A DNA stretch of 64,000 bases from an uncultured Chloroflexia bacterium (GTDB lineage: Bacteria > Chloroflexota > Limnocylindria > Limnocylindrales > CSP1-4): positions 288,001 through 352,000 of the forward strand of contig CAVVYR010000008.1 of NCBI GenBank assembly GCA_963752475.1, read 5' to 3'. The position numbers and the translations under genes were made by a program. Below are positions 20,093 to 29,511 of this stretch, piece by piece (position 1 is the stretch's first letter; each line of letters starts with the position of its first letter). Below the pieces are notes generated by a model, which was not told the origin of the DNA, searched no databases, and saw only the letters and a list, made by a program, of their open reading frames with translations.

Positions 20093-21948
20093 GAGACTGG
20101 TGTGAAACCGGCCACTCACGGCCTGAGATAGTCCGGTGGATGGCCTCGCGCCGTGGTGACCGGACCTTCAGCGGGTCGGTCGGAACGGTCCGCCCGTGGC
20201 CCGGCCGGGTCCCCGTGGCGATCAGGGCCGGCCTGGGCGGCCGCAGGGGGTAGCCCCCGGTCACCCGCTCCCCGTCATCGGTGCTCAGCCGGCCTGCGCG
20301 GTCTCGGTCGGTCCTGGACCGAGGACCCCGAGCACCGCGAGACGGGCCAGGTTGACCGCGGCCGCGAGCAGCGAGAAGTCGGCCGCCACCTTCGGTCGAC
20401 CCCGCACCCGGGCGCGACGGCCACCGTGGTGACGACGCACGAGCTGGGCGATGCGACGCTCGACCTTGGGTCGGGTGGCCCGGTAGTCGGCCAGCCAGGC
20501 GGGATCCCGGCGCGCGGCGCGGGCCCGGACGAGCGCGGCCTCGTAGGGTCCCACCGTGATGCTGCGTCCATCCTTCGCGGTCGTGCAGCGGGCCGCGAGG
20601 GGACAGGCGGCACAGGCCGACCCGAAGCTGGCCTCGGCCGCCCGGCGGCGTCGGGCCCGCAGCGGGACGGTCAGCCCGGCCGGGCAGGTGACCGTGGCCG
20701 CCTCGCGGTCGATGGCGAAGTCATCCTTGCTGAAGCGGCCACCCAGGGCGACCGACGGCTGCACCTTGATGCGCGGCTCGGCCCCGGCGGTCTCGAGCGT
20801 CTCGAGCAGTGCGCCACTGCCGTAGCCGGCATCGCCGTAGACGACGGGTGGCACGCCGGGGCCGGGCTCGCGGGCTTCGAGCTCGGCCTCGAGCAGCTCG
20901 GGTGCGACCGCCGCATCGCCGCCGTTGCCCGGCGTCACGGCCGTCGCGGTCACGATCTCGCTGTCGGGGTCGATCGCGACGTGGCCCTTGTAGCCGTCGA
21001 AGCTGCGGGCCTGGGTCTTGTGCCCGTGGCGGGCATCGGGATCGACCGTGCTGACGATCCGGTCGGGCGCCACCCGCCGGGCGATGCGGAAGGTGCCCTC
21101 GCCGTCGGTCTCGAGGTCCTGGCCCAGCAGCGTCGCGAGCAGCGCGGCGGCCTCGGCGAGGGGCGCGTCGATGGCCTCGCCCTCGAGCGCGACGAGCAGC
21201 GCGCTGGCATCGGTCGCGACCGCATCGATGAGGGCCTCGCGCGCTGCGGCGTCCTCCCAGTCGATGGCGGGCTTGCCGCCGCTTCGATAGTCGTCGTCAC
21301 GCCCGAGGAGGGAACGGAGCTCGTCCTCGCGCTCGCCCGCGACCCGGAGCAGGCCGCGGATGCCCGAGCGCAGGAGCGTGACGGTGTCCATCGTGGCCAC
21401 CGCGTCATAGAGCGGCGTCGAGTCGAGCACCCGGCGGCGACCCACGAGGCCGGCCTCGCGGGCCGCGCCGAGGGCGACCTCGAAGATGCGCTCCGGATGT
21501 TCGGAACCCGCGAGGCGGGCACGCATGTCCACGAGCACGGTGTGGCTGAAGCCGGGATGGTCGAAGTCGAGCCCACCGCAGGCGTACTTCCAGCGTACGT
21601 CGAAGCTGAAGCGCTCGACAGCCTCACGGTCGGACAGGCCCTCGAGGCGCTGGAGCACCATCACCACGGCCACGATCATCGGTGGCACCGAGCGCCGCCC
21701 GACGTCGGTGAAGAGGTCCGCGAAGGCCTCGTCGGGGAAGAGTCGGTGGCACTCACGGTGCAGCAGGGCGTAGACCGAGTCGGGTGCGACCCGACCCTCG
21801 CAGTAGCTCGCACTGGAACGGAAGATGTCGGCCTGGGTGGGGCTGTGTCCGAGCGTCATGCCGCCAGATTCCCAGATCCCCGCTCCGATCGCCGACCCAT
21901 CTCGCATCTCCAGGCGGTCAGGACGGCGGCACGAAAGACACCAGTCTC
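20093..21948 (-). mobile_element. IS1182-family insertion sequence
   Basis: Terminal inverted repeats GAGACTGGTGT (20093-20103) / ACACCAGTCTC (21938-21948), flanked by CTAG on both sides (20089-92, 21949-52). Confidence 0.9.
20285..21859 (-). CDS. IS1182-family transposase
   Basis: GRRSVPP, LSDREA, LDSTP, VSTVDPDARHGHK, GYKGH, GDAGYG, TCPAG, CAACPL..CT, RPKVER. Confidence 0.92.
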   Translation of the reverse strand: MTLGHSPTQADIFRSSASYCEGRVAPDSVYALLHRECHRLFPDEAFADLFTDVGRRSVPPMIVAVVMVLQRLEGLSDREAVERFSFDVRWKYACGGLDFDHPGFSHTVLVDMRARLAGSEHPERIFEVALGAAREAGLVGRRRVLDSTPLYDAVATMDTVTLLRSGIRGLLRVAGEREDELRSLLGRDDDYRSGGKPAIDWEDAAAREALIDAVATDASALLVALEGEAIDAPLAEAAALLATLLGQDLETDGEGTFRIARRVAPDRIVSTVDPDARHGHKTQARSFDGYKGHVAIDPDSEIVTATAVTPGNGGDAAVAPELLEAELEAREPGPGVPPVVYGDAGYGSGALLETLETAGAEPRIKVQPSVALGGRFSKDDFAIDREAATVTCPAGLTVPLRARRRRAAEASFGSACAACPLAARCTTAKDGRSITVGPYEAALVRARAARRDPAWLADYRATRPKVERRIAQLVRRHHGGRRARVRGRPKVAADFSLLAAAVNLARLAVLGVLGPGPTETAQAG

Positions 21949-21959
21949 CTAGTCCGACC

Positions 21960-22784
21960 TCCCGACACGCTACCCCTCCGCCATCACGTGAGCGCCCGCC
22001 GCTCCGGCCGGAGTGGATGGAGGACGCCATCTGTGATGGTGATGCGTCCACGCCCTTCCTCGAGACGCCGACGTTCACGGCGGCCGACCGCAGCGCCTGT
22101 GCGATCCCCATGATCGCCTCACTGGCCGCGGCCGGGTTGGGGTCGTCGCTCGCACCCCGCAACTGCTGGGCGGCGGAGAGGTAGTCCAGCAGGGCGCTGC
22201 CGCACGCCCACTGTCGGGTCAGCTGCGGCGTGTCCTTCTTCTTCTGATACTGGTCCCACCCAGTAGAGCATCTGCCCCTCGTCGAAGATCCCGCCACCGG
22301 TGTAGTCGGTCAGTCCGGCGAGCGCGTCGGCGTACCTCTCGTTCGCATAGAGACGCTCGATCATCTTCTTGACCTACTTGTACGTCGCCTTCTTGTCGAC
22401 CTTCGCGGCGAGCAGAGCCGCCACGGTGTCGGCCGGGAAGCCCTCGGCCATGGCTTCCGCGCCTGGCTCCGGCATGGTGTCGGTCTCCGTCGCCGCGGCC
22501 TCGCACGGCCACTCGTATCCGACCGCCGACCGGAACGCATCGATCGCGGCGTGCCCACATGGGAGGGCGAAGATCTCCGGCAACGGGTCGAGCTTGCTGC
22601 CGCTGTAAGCGAACTGCGCACCCAGCGTATCGCCGGTGACACCGTCCGCGACCATCGCCACCTTGCCGGTCTTGCGGTCAGACTTGGCGCGCCGTTGGGG
22701 GGTGGCCGGGTCCACCGGCACGCAGACCGGCTCGGGCGATGCCTCGACAGCTGTCGCAGCGTCAGGCGTCAGTGACGGGGCCAC
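21960..22784 (-). pseudogene. Degraded hypothetical gene (in-frame TAG plus at least one frameshift)
   Basis: KKATYK-TAG(22374)-VKKMIERLY continues in the same frame, then shifts near 22255 into WDQYQKKKDTPQL; both ends uncertain. Confidence 0.5.
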
Positions 22785-22840
22785 GCTCGCATCCAGCGCT
22801 GACTCGGGTACATCGCGACGACTTCAGCTGATGCGGAATC

Positions 22841-22875
22841 AGTCGAGCCGGCCCCGTAGAGGGACCGGCCCGACT
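22841..22875 (-). terminator. Hairpin downstream of the fasciclin gene
   Basis: AGTCGAGCCGGCCCC-GTAGA-GGGACCGGCCCGACT imperfect inverted repeat. Confidence 0.55.
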
Positions 22876-22901
22876 GGCAGAGGGGGGAAGGTAGAAGCTG
22901 A

Positions 22902-23501
22902 CTAGGAGGAAAGAGCCTTGGTGATGGAGGGCGGGATCATCACGCCGTCGATGACGTGGATCTGGAGGTTCTTGGAGCGGATGTTCTTGACGATGACGTT
23001 GGTCGAGTCGATGATCACGCGGTTCTTCTGGCCGCGGAGGATGGTGGGCTCGCCGTCGAGCATCGTGATCTTGGCCGGACGGAGTGACTTGGCCGTGGCG
23101 TAGTTGACCTTGCCGTCAGCGAACACGTGGTGCGAGAGGATCTGGGCCAGCGCGCCGGGGCTCCCCAGGACCGCGTCGACCTGGCAAACGTTGCTCGAGT
23201 TGAGCGGCTTGCCGATGAGGGCCTGGCCGAGTGCGCGGAAGGCCTTGTTGTCGGGGGCGAAGAGCGTCGCGGCCGGGACGGTCTGGAGGGCCTCCACGAT
23301 GCCGGGGGTGCAGACCGCGGCCGTGATCAGCGTCGACAGGCGGTCGTCGTTGTTGGCGCTGAAGTTGACCAGGCGAGTCACGCCGTTGGCGTCGGAGGGG
23401 ACGGTGCCACGACCCTCGATCGCGGCGGAGGCGCCGGGGGCGATGGTGGCGAGGGCGAGGGATGCCAGCAGCGTGCCGGCGAGAAGCTTCTTGAGGAACA
23501 T
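22902..23501 (-). CDS. Secreted fasciclin (FAS1) domain protein
   Basis: Signal peptide; TLFAPDNKAF (H1), ILSHHV, IHVIDGVMIP (H2). Confidence 0.88.
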   Translation of the reverse strand: MFLKKLLAGTLLASLALATIAPGASAAIEGRGTVPSDANGVTRLVNFSANNDDRLSTLITAAVCTPGIVEALQTVPAATLFAPDNKAFRALGQALIGKPLNSSNVCQVDAVLGSPGALAQILSHHVFADGKVNYATAKSLRPAKITMLDGEPTILRGQKNRVIIDSTNVIVKNIRSKNLQIHVIDGVMIPPSITKALSS

Positions 23502-23557
23502 CGGGTTACCTTTCTTTCCTATCGGTTCGTAGTCGAGCGGTGTATCTGCGTGAGTGG

Positions 23558-23599
23558 CCGTGTGAGGCCCGGCTGGGGGGACGCCGGGCCTCACACGGA
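23558..23599. terminator. Strong intercistronic hairpin (terminator or mRNA stabiliser)
   Basis: CCGTGTGAGGCCCGGC...GCCGGGCCTCACACGG, 16-bp perfect stem. Confidence 0.6.
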
Positions 23600-23616
23600 T
23601 GTCAGGAGGCTTCGGG

Positions 23617-24906
23617 TTAGCGGGACGCTTCCTCGACCAGGATCACGTCGAAGGAGTCGGGGAACTGGCCGATGGCGATGGCGCTATAGGCCTTGCCGTC
23701 CTCGAGAGGCAGCGGCGGGATGTCGAACGCCTTGGCACGCTCACCAGCGGCACGGATGTCGAGATCGACCTCACCGGCGGGCACGTTCTTGTAACCCTTG
23801 GCGTCGCCGAACTCGAGGTTCTTGAAGATGGCGGCGTTGCGCTTCGAGCCGTCCGGCGCGATGTCGACCTTGGGCGCGTTGGCGCTGAGGTGGACGACGC
23901 GGACCTTGGCGCCCTCGGCGCGCGGCGTGACGCGCTTGTCGTTGATGACGACCGGGGTGATCTGGGCCAGCTCGTTCGTGGCCGCGACCGTGGTCAGCGT
24001 GCCACCGTCGAAGTCCAGGTCGACCGGGCCGATGACGGCGCCGTCGGCCGGGTCAGCACCAGCGGCCACGACTTCGATGGTGTAGGTGCCGGCCGGCACG
24101 AACAGGTAGTCGGACAGGGCGCCGAAGGGCACGTCCGAGAGGATGGCGCCGCCGTTGGCGTAGACGTCCACGTTGGGGGCATCAGCGCTGAAGTGGCCGA
24201 CGCGCACACCGGCGACGGAGGCGTCGACGGCAGGCAGGACGGTGAAGGAGCCGTCGGCCAGGGAGCCGATGGCGAAGACGCTGTAGCTGATGCCATCCGT
24301 GAGGGTGATCTCGGGGATGTCAAAGGCCACGTCCTCGGTGCCCGCAGCGCGGATCTCGAGGTCGTACTTGCCGCCGGGAAGAGCGAGGTACTCGGTGGCG
24401 TTGGGGTAGGACAGGTCGGTGATGAGCGCATCGCCGCCGTCGGGAGCGATATCCACGGCCGGCGCATCAGCGCTGAAGTGGACCACGCGCACCTGAGCAC
24501 TGTCGCCCGCAGGCATGGGCTCGTCGGCCAGCACCTGGGCCTCGATGTTCTCGAGGGTGTTGGTGGCCGCGACGGTGGTCATGGTGCCAGCGGCGAAGTC
24601 GAGGTCGACCGGGCCGATGACGGCGCCGTCCGCGAGGTCCGCACCAGCGGCCACGACGGCGATCGAGTAGGTACCACCGGGGACTTCGAGGTACTCGGAG
24701 AGCACGCCGAAGGGCACGTCGGTGAGGATGGCGTCGTCGCCGGCGTAGACGTCGACGGCCGGGGCGTCGGGGCTGAAGTGGCCGACGCGGACCTTGGCGG
24801 TCTCATCCTGGGCTGCGGTGGCGAAGGGAACGGCTACGGTGGCCGCGAGCGCGACTGCGGTGCCGAGAAGACCAGCCTTGCGGCGGATCGAGAGTTGCTG
24901 AGTCAT
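23617..24906 (-). CDS. Secreted protein with repeated DUF4397 modules
   Basis: Signal peptide; four VRV(G/V)H(F/L)SxxAPxVD repeats and YLxVPxGxY motifs. Confidence 0.88.
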   Translation of the reverse strand: MTQQLSIRRKAGLLGTAVALAATVAVPFATAAQDETAKVRVGHFSPDAPAVDVYAGDDAILTDVPFGVLSEYLEVPGGTYSIAVVAAGADLADGAVIGPVDLDFAAGTMTTVAATNTLENIEAQVLADEPMPAGDSAQVRVVHFSADAPAVDIAPDGGDALITDLSYPNATEYLALPGGKYDLEIRAAGTEDVAFDIPEITLTDGISYSVFAIGSLADGSFTVLPAVDASVAGVRVGHFSADAPNVDVYANGGAILSDVPFGALSDYLFVPAGTYTIEVVAAGADPADGAVIGPVDLDFDGGTLTTVAATNELAQITPVVINDKRVTPRAEGAKVRVVHLSANAPKVDIAPDGSKRNAAIFKNLEFGDAKGYKNVPAGEVDLDIRAAGERAKAFDIPPLPLEDGKAYSAIAIGQFPDSFDVILVEEASR

Positions 24907-24994
24907 TGTGGGGTCCTCTGCGTGAGAAAGCGGGTGAGCTGGCGGCCCTACCAGGTTGGGTAGGCGCCGCCAGCGTGTGGGAAGTCGGGGAGCG

Positions 24995-25741
24995 TTACTC
25001 CTCGGTCATCTCCTCTTCGGCCATGTCCTCTTCGGCCATCTCGTCATCCATCATCTCGACAGAAGCGTCGAGGGCGGGAAGGACGGTGAAGGAGCCGTCG
25101 GCGAGGGAGCCGATGGCGAAGACGGTGAAGCTGTTGCCGCCGGCCAGATCGAGCGGATCGATGTCGAAGGCCACGTCCTCGGTGCCCGCAGCGCGGATCT
25201 CGAGGTCGTACTCACCCTCGGGCAGATCGAGGTAAGCCTCGGTCGCGTTCGGGTACTCGAGGTTCTCGACGACCACGTCGCCGCCGTCGAGGGCGATGTC
25301 CACGGCCGGCGCGTCAGCGCTGAAGTGGACCACGCGGACCTCGGCGATGCCGTCCTCAGGCATGGGCTCGTCGGCCAGCACCTGGGCCTCGATGTTCTCG
25401 AGGGTGTTGGTGGCCGCGACGGTGGTCATGGTGCCGGCGGCGAAGTCGAGATCGACCGGGCCGATGACGGCGCCGTCCGCGAGGTCCGCACCAGCGGCCA
25501 CGACGGCGATCGAGTAGGTACCACCGGGGACTTCGAGGTACTCGGAGAGCACGCCGAAGGGCACGTCGGTGAGGATGGCGTCGTCGCCGGCGTAGACGTC
25601 GACGGCCGGGGCGTCGGGGCTGAAGTGGCCGACGCGGACCTTGGCGTTCTCGTGGCCGTCAGCGGCGACGAAGGTCGGGATGGCCATGACCGCGGCGAGA
25701 GCAGCGGCGGCGCCGATCATGTGGATCTTGGTGTTGCGCAT
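24995..25741 (-). CDS. Secreted DUF4397 protein with acidic Met-rich tail
   Basis: Signal peptide; two VRVxHFSxDAPAVD repeats; C-terminus EMMDDEMAEEDMAEEEMTEE. Confidence 0.88.
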   Translation of the reverse strand: MRNTKIHMIGAAAALAAVMAIPTFVAADGHENAKVRVGHFSPDAPAVDVYAGDDAILTDVPFGVLSEYLEVPGGTYSIAVVAAGADLADGAVIGPVDLDFAAGTMTTVAATNTLENIEAQVLADEPMPEDGIAEVRVVHFSADAPAVDIALDGGDVVVENLEYPNATEAYLDLPEGEYDLEIRAAGTEDVAFDIDPLDLAGGNSFTVFAIGSLADGSFTVLPALDASVEMMDDEMAEEDMAEEEMTEE

Positions 25742-25910
25742 TGGTCGTGAGTCCTTTCGGGAGTCGTCTCAGTTGGGGTCGTAGTGGCGAGCTTTCGTCT
25801 CGCCTCGGGAGTGGTGGGGTATGGCGTTCTACGCCTTGTCGGGGGTCGTTAGGCGGACCACCGTTGGGTCATCTCTTGGCCTCCTCGCTCACTGCGTGTC
25901 GTTCGTGGTG

Positions 25911-26028
25911 TGTCAACGGTTTGTTCACCTGATGCGTCGAAGACTACCGGGCTGTACAAGGCTTGTCAACCCCTATTCGGCGAAAACAGAGTCTGCTATC
26001 ATCGACAAACCATGTACAGCATTAAACA
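25911..26028. promoter_or_regulatory. CarH-type operators between the regulator and the DUF4397 operon
   Basis: Pairs at 11-bp spacing: TGTCAA/TGTTCA (25911/25922), TGTACA/TGTCAA (25953/25964), TCGACA/TGTACA (26002/26013, overlapping the regulator start codon). Confidence 0.68.
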
Positions 26029-26929
26029 AGCTTCTATCCGCTCAGGCGTCAGCGTTCCACTCATCCGAGCGTGGGAACGCCGCTACGGCGTTGTCAGTCC
26101 CAAGCGCACGGCCTCGGGCTATCGGATGTACGACGACCAGGCCATCGCCACGCTGATGCGCGTGCGCGAACTGACAGAGAGCGGCTGGACTGCGAGCGAG
26201 GCCAGTCGCGCGGTGCTCGAGGGTGAGGTCGCGGTCCCCGCGCCCAGGCCGCAGCCCGTCACGGCCAGCACCACCGAAGTGAGCCACGCTGAGGCCGCGG
26301 ACCTCATCACCCGCTTCGTAGACTCCGCCACGGACATGGACATCGCCGCCACCGGTGCCGCGCTGGACGAGATCTTCGCGCGCGGCTCCTTCGAGGCCAT
26401 CGTCGACGACCTGCTCATGCCCGCCCTCATCGCCCTCGGCCAGGCCTGGAGCGAGGGCCGCGTCGACGTCGCGGCCGAGCATGCCGCCAGCGCCGCCGTC
26501 CACCGTCGCCTCTCCGCGCTCTACGAGGCCGCCGCCACGCTCGCGGATCCGCTCGTCGTAGTGGGCCTGCCGCCTGGCTCACGACACGAGCTGGGCGCGC
26601 TGGCCTTCGCGGTCGCGTTGCGCCGGAAGGGCGTCGGTGTCCTCTACCTGGGGCCGGATGTGCCGGTCGCCAGCTGGGTCCACGTCATCGGCCAGAACCG
26701 CGCGCGCGTTGCCATCATGTCGGTCGTCCAGGACGTCGACCGTATCTCTGCGCTCGAGGTCGCCACGGCGCTCCGGGACATCGGTAGCAACCCGACCCTC
26801 GCCGTCGGCGGCGGTAGCTCGGACTGGGCCGGCGCTCGGGAAGCCGGTATGGTGGTCCTCCCCAACCGCATCAACGAGGCGGCGGGCGTCGTCGCCAGTC
26901 TGGCGAAGGGGACGACCACGAGCAGCTAG
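26012..26929 (+). CDS. MerR-family cobalamin-binding photoregulator (CarH/LitR)
   Basis: MerR HTH (IRAWERRYG, RTASGYRMY), W-x9-EH (WSEGRVDVAAEH), RHELG and LYLGPDVP B12-binding motifs. Confidence 0.9.
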   Translation: MYSIKQASIRSGVSVPLIRAWERRYGVVSPKRTASGYRMYDDQAIATLMRVRELTESGWTASEASRAVLEGEVAVPAPRPQPVTASTTEVSHAEAADLITRFVDSATDMDIAATGAALDEIFARGSFEAIVDDLLMPALIALGQAWSEGRVDVAAEHAASAAVHRRLSALYEAAATLADPLVVVGLPPGSRHELGALAFAVALRRKGVGVLYLGPDVPVASWVHVIGQNRARVAIMSVVQDVDRISALEVATALRDIGSNPTLAVGGGSSDWAGAREAGMVVLPNRINEAAGVVASLAKGTTTSS

Positions 26930-26973
26930 ACAGGGAGCAGGGACATGATCCACGGCGTGCCTCTCTGTTCGAC

Positions 26974-27741
26974 GTGAGCCTGAAGCTCACGATCCTCGGT
27001 TCCTCGGCCGCCTGGTCGGAGCGGCCGGGACGACCATCCTCCTGCTACATGGTGGAGACCGGCGAGCGGGCTATCTTGCTCGATCTCGGTCAGGGCTCGC
27101 TCGGCTCACTCTTTCCTCATCGCGACCCGGCCTCGCTCGAGGCCGTCGTCATCAGCCACATGCACGGCGACCACCACGTCGACCTGATCCCGCTGCGCAA
27201 CCTGCTCTACTACCACTACGGCGACCCGCGTGGCATCGGCCTGCACGTACCCGCCGGCTTGCGCGGGCGCTACGACGCATTCATGGGCGAGGATGGGTTC
27301 CTCGACTTCATGGAGGGCCACGACGTCTACGAGGGCACCTGGCCCGTGGGTCCCTTCACGGTCCAGGCCCATCCGGTCACCCATTCCGAGAACAGCCATG
27401 CCTACCGGGTCACCGACACGGCCGATCCGGATGGACCGGGGCTCGTCTACAGCGGTGACTGCGGCAAGGCGGACGACCTCCTGCCGCTGATCCGCGGAGG
27501 CGATACCGTGTTGTGCGAGGCCTTCTGGTCCACGCTCGAACCGATCCCCAGTGCCAAACACCTTTCGGCCGAACAGGCGGCTGATGTCGCCCGACGCGGA
27601 GGAGCCGCTCACTTGCTGTTGACCCACATCCTTGAGTCATACGATCCCCAGGCCGCGTTGGCGGTCGCCAGGGAGGTCTTCCCCGGACCGGTCGAGCTGG
27701 CCGAGCCGGAGATGGACGTGTCCATCGGAGCCACGCTTTGA
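26974..27741 (+). CDS. MBL-fold metallo-hydrolase (RNase Z/YhfI-like)
   Basis: LTILGSS, LLDLGQG, SHMHGDH, YSGD, HLS, LTH. Confidence 0.85.
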   Translation: MSLKLTILGSSAAWSERPGRPSSCYMVETGERAILLDLGQGSLGSLFPHRDPASLEAVVISHMHGDHHVDLIPLRNLLYYHYGDPRGIGLHVPAGLRGRYDAFMGEDGFLDFMEGHDVYEGTWPVGPFTVQAHPVTHSENSHAYRVTDTADPDGPGLVYSGDCGKADDLLPLIRGGDTVLCEAFWSTLEPIPSAKHLSAEQAADVARRGGAAHLLLTHILESYDPQAALAVAREVFPGPVELAEPEMDVSIGATL

Positions 27742-29414
27742 CCGCGGTCCGCTCCATCCGCGCCCGGGTCCACGGGCTCATCGAGGAGGCTTGGGAAGCG
27801 GCCACCGCGTCGGGGGCGCTGCCGCAGGTCGAGGCCGATGCGCGCCCCGAGTTCGAGATCGAGCGCCCGACGAATCCCGACCACGGTGACCTTGCCGCCA
27901 ACCTGGCCATGAAGCTGGCCCGGCCGATGCGCCGATCTCCCCTGCAGATCGCCGAGGCGCTCGCCGAGGCCATCCGTAGCGTGCCCTCTGCCGGTGCGCT
28001 CAGCGAGGTTACGGTGGCGCCACCCGGCTTCATCAACATGCGCCTCTCGGCCGCCTGGCTCGAAGGCCTGCTCGACGAGGCTCGAGCCGCTGGTGACGAC
28101 TTCGGACGCGTCGAGCCCGAGTCACCTCGTCACTTCAACGTCGAGTTCGTGTCGGCCAATCCCACCGGTCCCCTGCACGTGGGCAATGCCCGAGGCGCCT
28201 TCGTCGGCGACCTCCTGTGCCGAGTGCTCGAGGGCGCCGGTCATCGCGTCACGCGCGAGTACTACTTCAACGACGCCGGCTTGCAGATCCGCAACCTCGG
28301 TGTCTCGGTCATCGCGCGCAAGCTGGGCCAGGACATCCCGGAGGACGGTTACCACGGTGCCTACGTGGATGACCTCGCCCAGGAACTCCCCGACGATGTC
28401 TGGGCGATAGCCAACGAGGACGGCGCCGACCGAGAGGCCGTCATAGCCGATTGGGCCCAGGAGCGCGTCCGCTCAGGCATCGAGCGGAGCCTCGAACGGC
28501 TTGGCGTGCATTTCGACGTATGGAAGAGCGAATCGAGCCTGCACACCGAGGGCTGGGTCGGCCGATCGGTCGAACGGCTGCAGGAGGCGGGTCACATCTA
28601 CGAAGAGGACGGCGCTACCTGGTTCCGCTCCACGAACTTCGGGGATGACAAGGACCGCGTGGTCTACCGCTCGGGTGGCCAGCCGACCTACTTCGCTTCG
28701 GACATCGGCTACGTGACCGAGAAGTTCAGTCGCGGCTTCGACAAGCTCATCTACATCTGGGGTGCCGACCACCACGGCACGGTGGCTCGCGTGCGCAACG
28801 CGGCACAGGCCATGGGCCTGCCCGTGAACGAAGTCGAGATGCTGCTCGTGGCCTGGGTCCGCTTCGTGCGAGATGGCGAAGAGATCCCCATGAGCAAGCG
28901 CTCGGGCGAGTTCCTCACGCTCGACGAGCTGCTCGAGGAGCTGGGTGTCGACGCGGCCCGCTGGTCATTCGCCTCACGCGCGCCCAGTTCGCCCATCGAC
29001 GTGGACCTCGAGCTGGCCAAGAAGCAGTCGTCCGAGAACCCGGTCTACTACGTGCAGTACGCACACGCGCGCATCAGCTCGATCCTGGCCAAGGCTGCTG
29101 CAGCCGGGCTCGCTCCCGCTACGGAGTTCGCCGGCATGCTGGAGGGCGATGACGTGGCCACGGGGCTTGCCCGCGAGGTACTGCGACTGCCGGAGGTCGT
29201 CGAGGACGGCGCTCGTGACGAAGAGACACATGGCATCACCACGTACGCCATGGAGCTGGCCACGACGTTCCACGCCTTCTACCGCGATCGCCGCGTCGTC
29301 GACCCTGAGGACCCCGCGACGTCGGCCGGCCGTCTCGCGTTGGTCGGCGTGACACAAGAAGCCATCCGCAACTCGCTGGCCCTGCTCGGTATCTCCGCCC
29401 CGGAATCGATGTAG
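27738..29414 (+). CDS. argS: Arginine--tRNA ligase
   Basis: EFVSANPTGPLHVGNAR, WGADHHG, MSKRSG, NPVYYVQYAHAR, C-terminal APESM. Confidence 0.97.
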   Translation: MTAVRSIRARVHGLIEEAWEAATASGALPQVEADARPEFEIERPTNPDHGDLAANLAMKLARPMRRSPLQIAEALAEAIRSVPSAGALSEVTVAPPGFINMRLSAAWLEGLLDEARAAGDDFGRVEPESPRHFNVEFVSANPTGPLHVGNARGAFVGDLLCRVLEGAGHRVTREYYFNDAGLQIRNLGVSVIARKLGQDIPEDGYHGAYVDDLAQELPDDVWAIANEDGADREAVIADWAQERVRSGIERSLERLGVHFDVWKSESSLHTEGWVGRSVERLQEAGHIYEEDGATWFRSTNFGDDKDRVVYRSGGQPTYFASDIGYVTEKFSRGFDKLIYIWGADHHGTVARVRNAAQAMGLPVNEVEMLLVAWVRFVRDGEEIPMSKRSGEFLTLDELLEELGVDAARWSFASRAPSSPIDVDLELAKKQSSENPVYYVQYAHARISSILAKAAAAGLAPATEFAGMLEGDDVATGLAREVLRLPEVVEDGARDEETHGITTYAMELATTFHAFYRDRRVVDPEDPATSAGRLALVGVTQEAIRNSLALLGISAPESM

Positions 29415-29451
29415 ACGACCCGGCTCACGGCCGGAGACACTCGAACATGAT

Positions 29452-29480
29452 CGAAGGCCGGGCTCGTGGCCCGGCCTTCG
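29452..29480. terminator. Hairpin between convergent argS and the PASTA gene
   Basis: CGAAGGCCGGGC-TCGTG-GCCCGGCCTTCG, perfect 12-bp stem. Confidence 0.7.
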
Positions 29481-29511
29481 ATCTCTCTGTCGTGGCTCGC
29501 GGGCCGGATGC

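Noticed and set aside
20153-21952. 599-aa + strand ORF inside the IS
   Set aside because: Antisense to the transposase with no recognisable motifs
20285-22297. 670-aa transposase with an N-terminal extension
   Set aside because: The ORF crosses the IS terminal repeat; the real start is MTLGHS at 21859 and the extension belongs to the neighbouring broken gene
22374-22376. Pyrrolysine recoding of the in-frame TAG
   Set aside because: No pyl genes in the window, the same gene also has a frameshift, and TAG is a common true stop here
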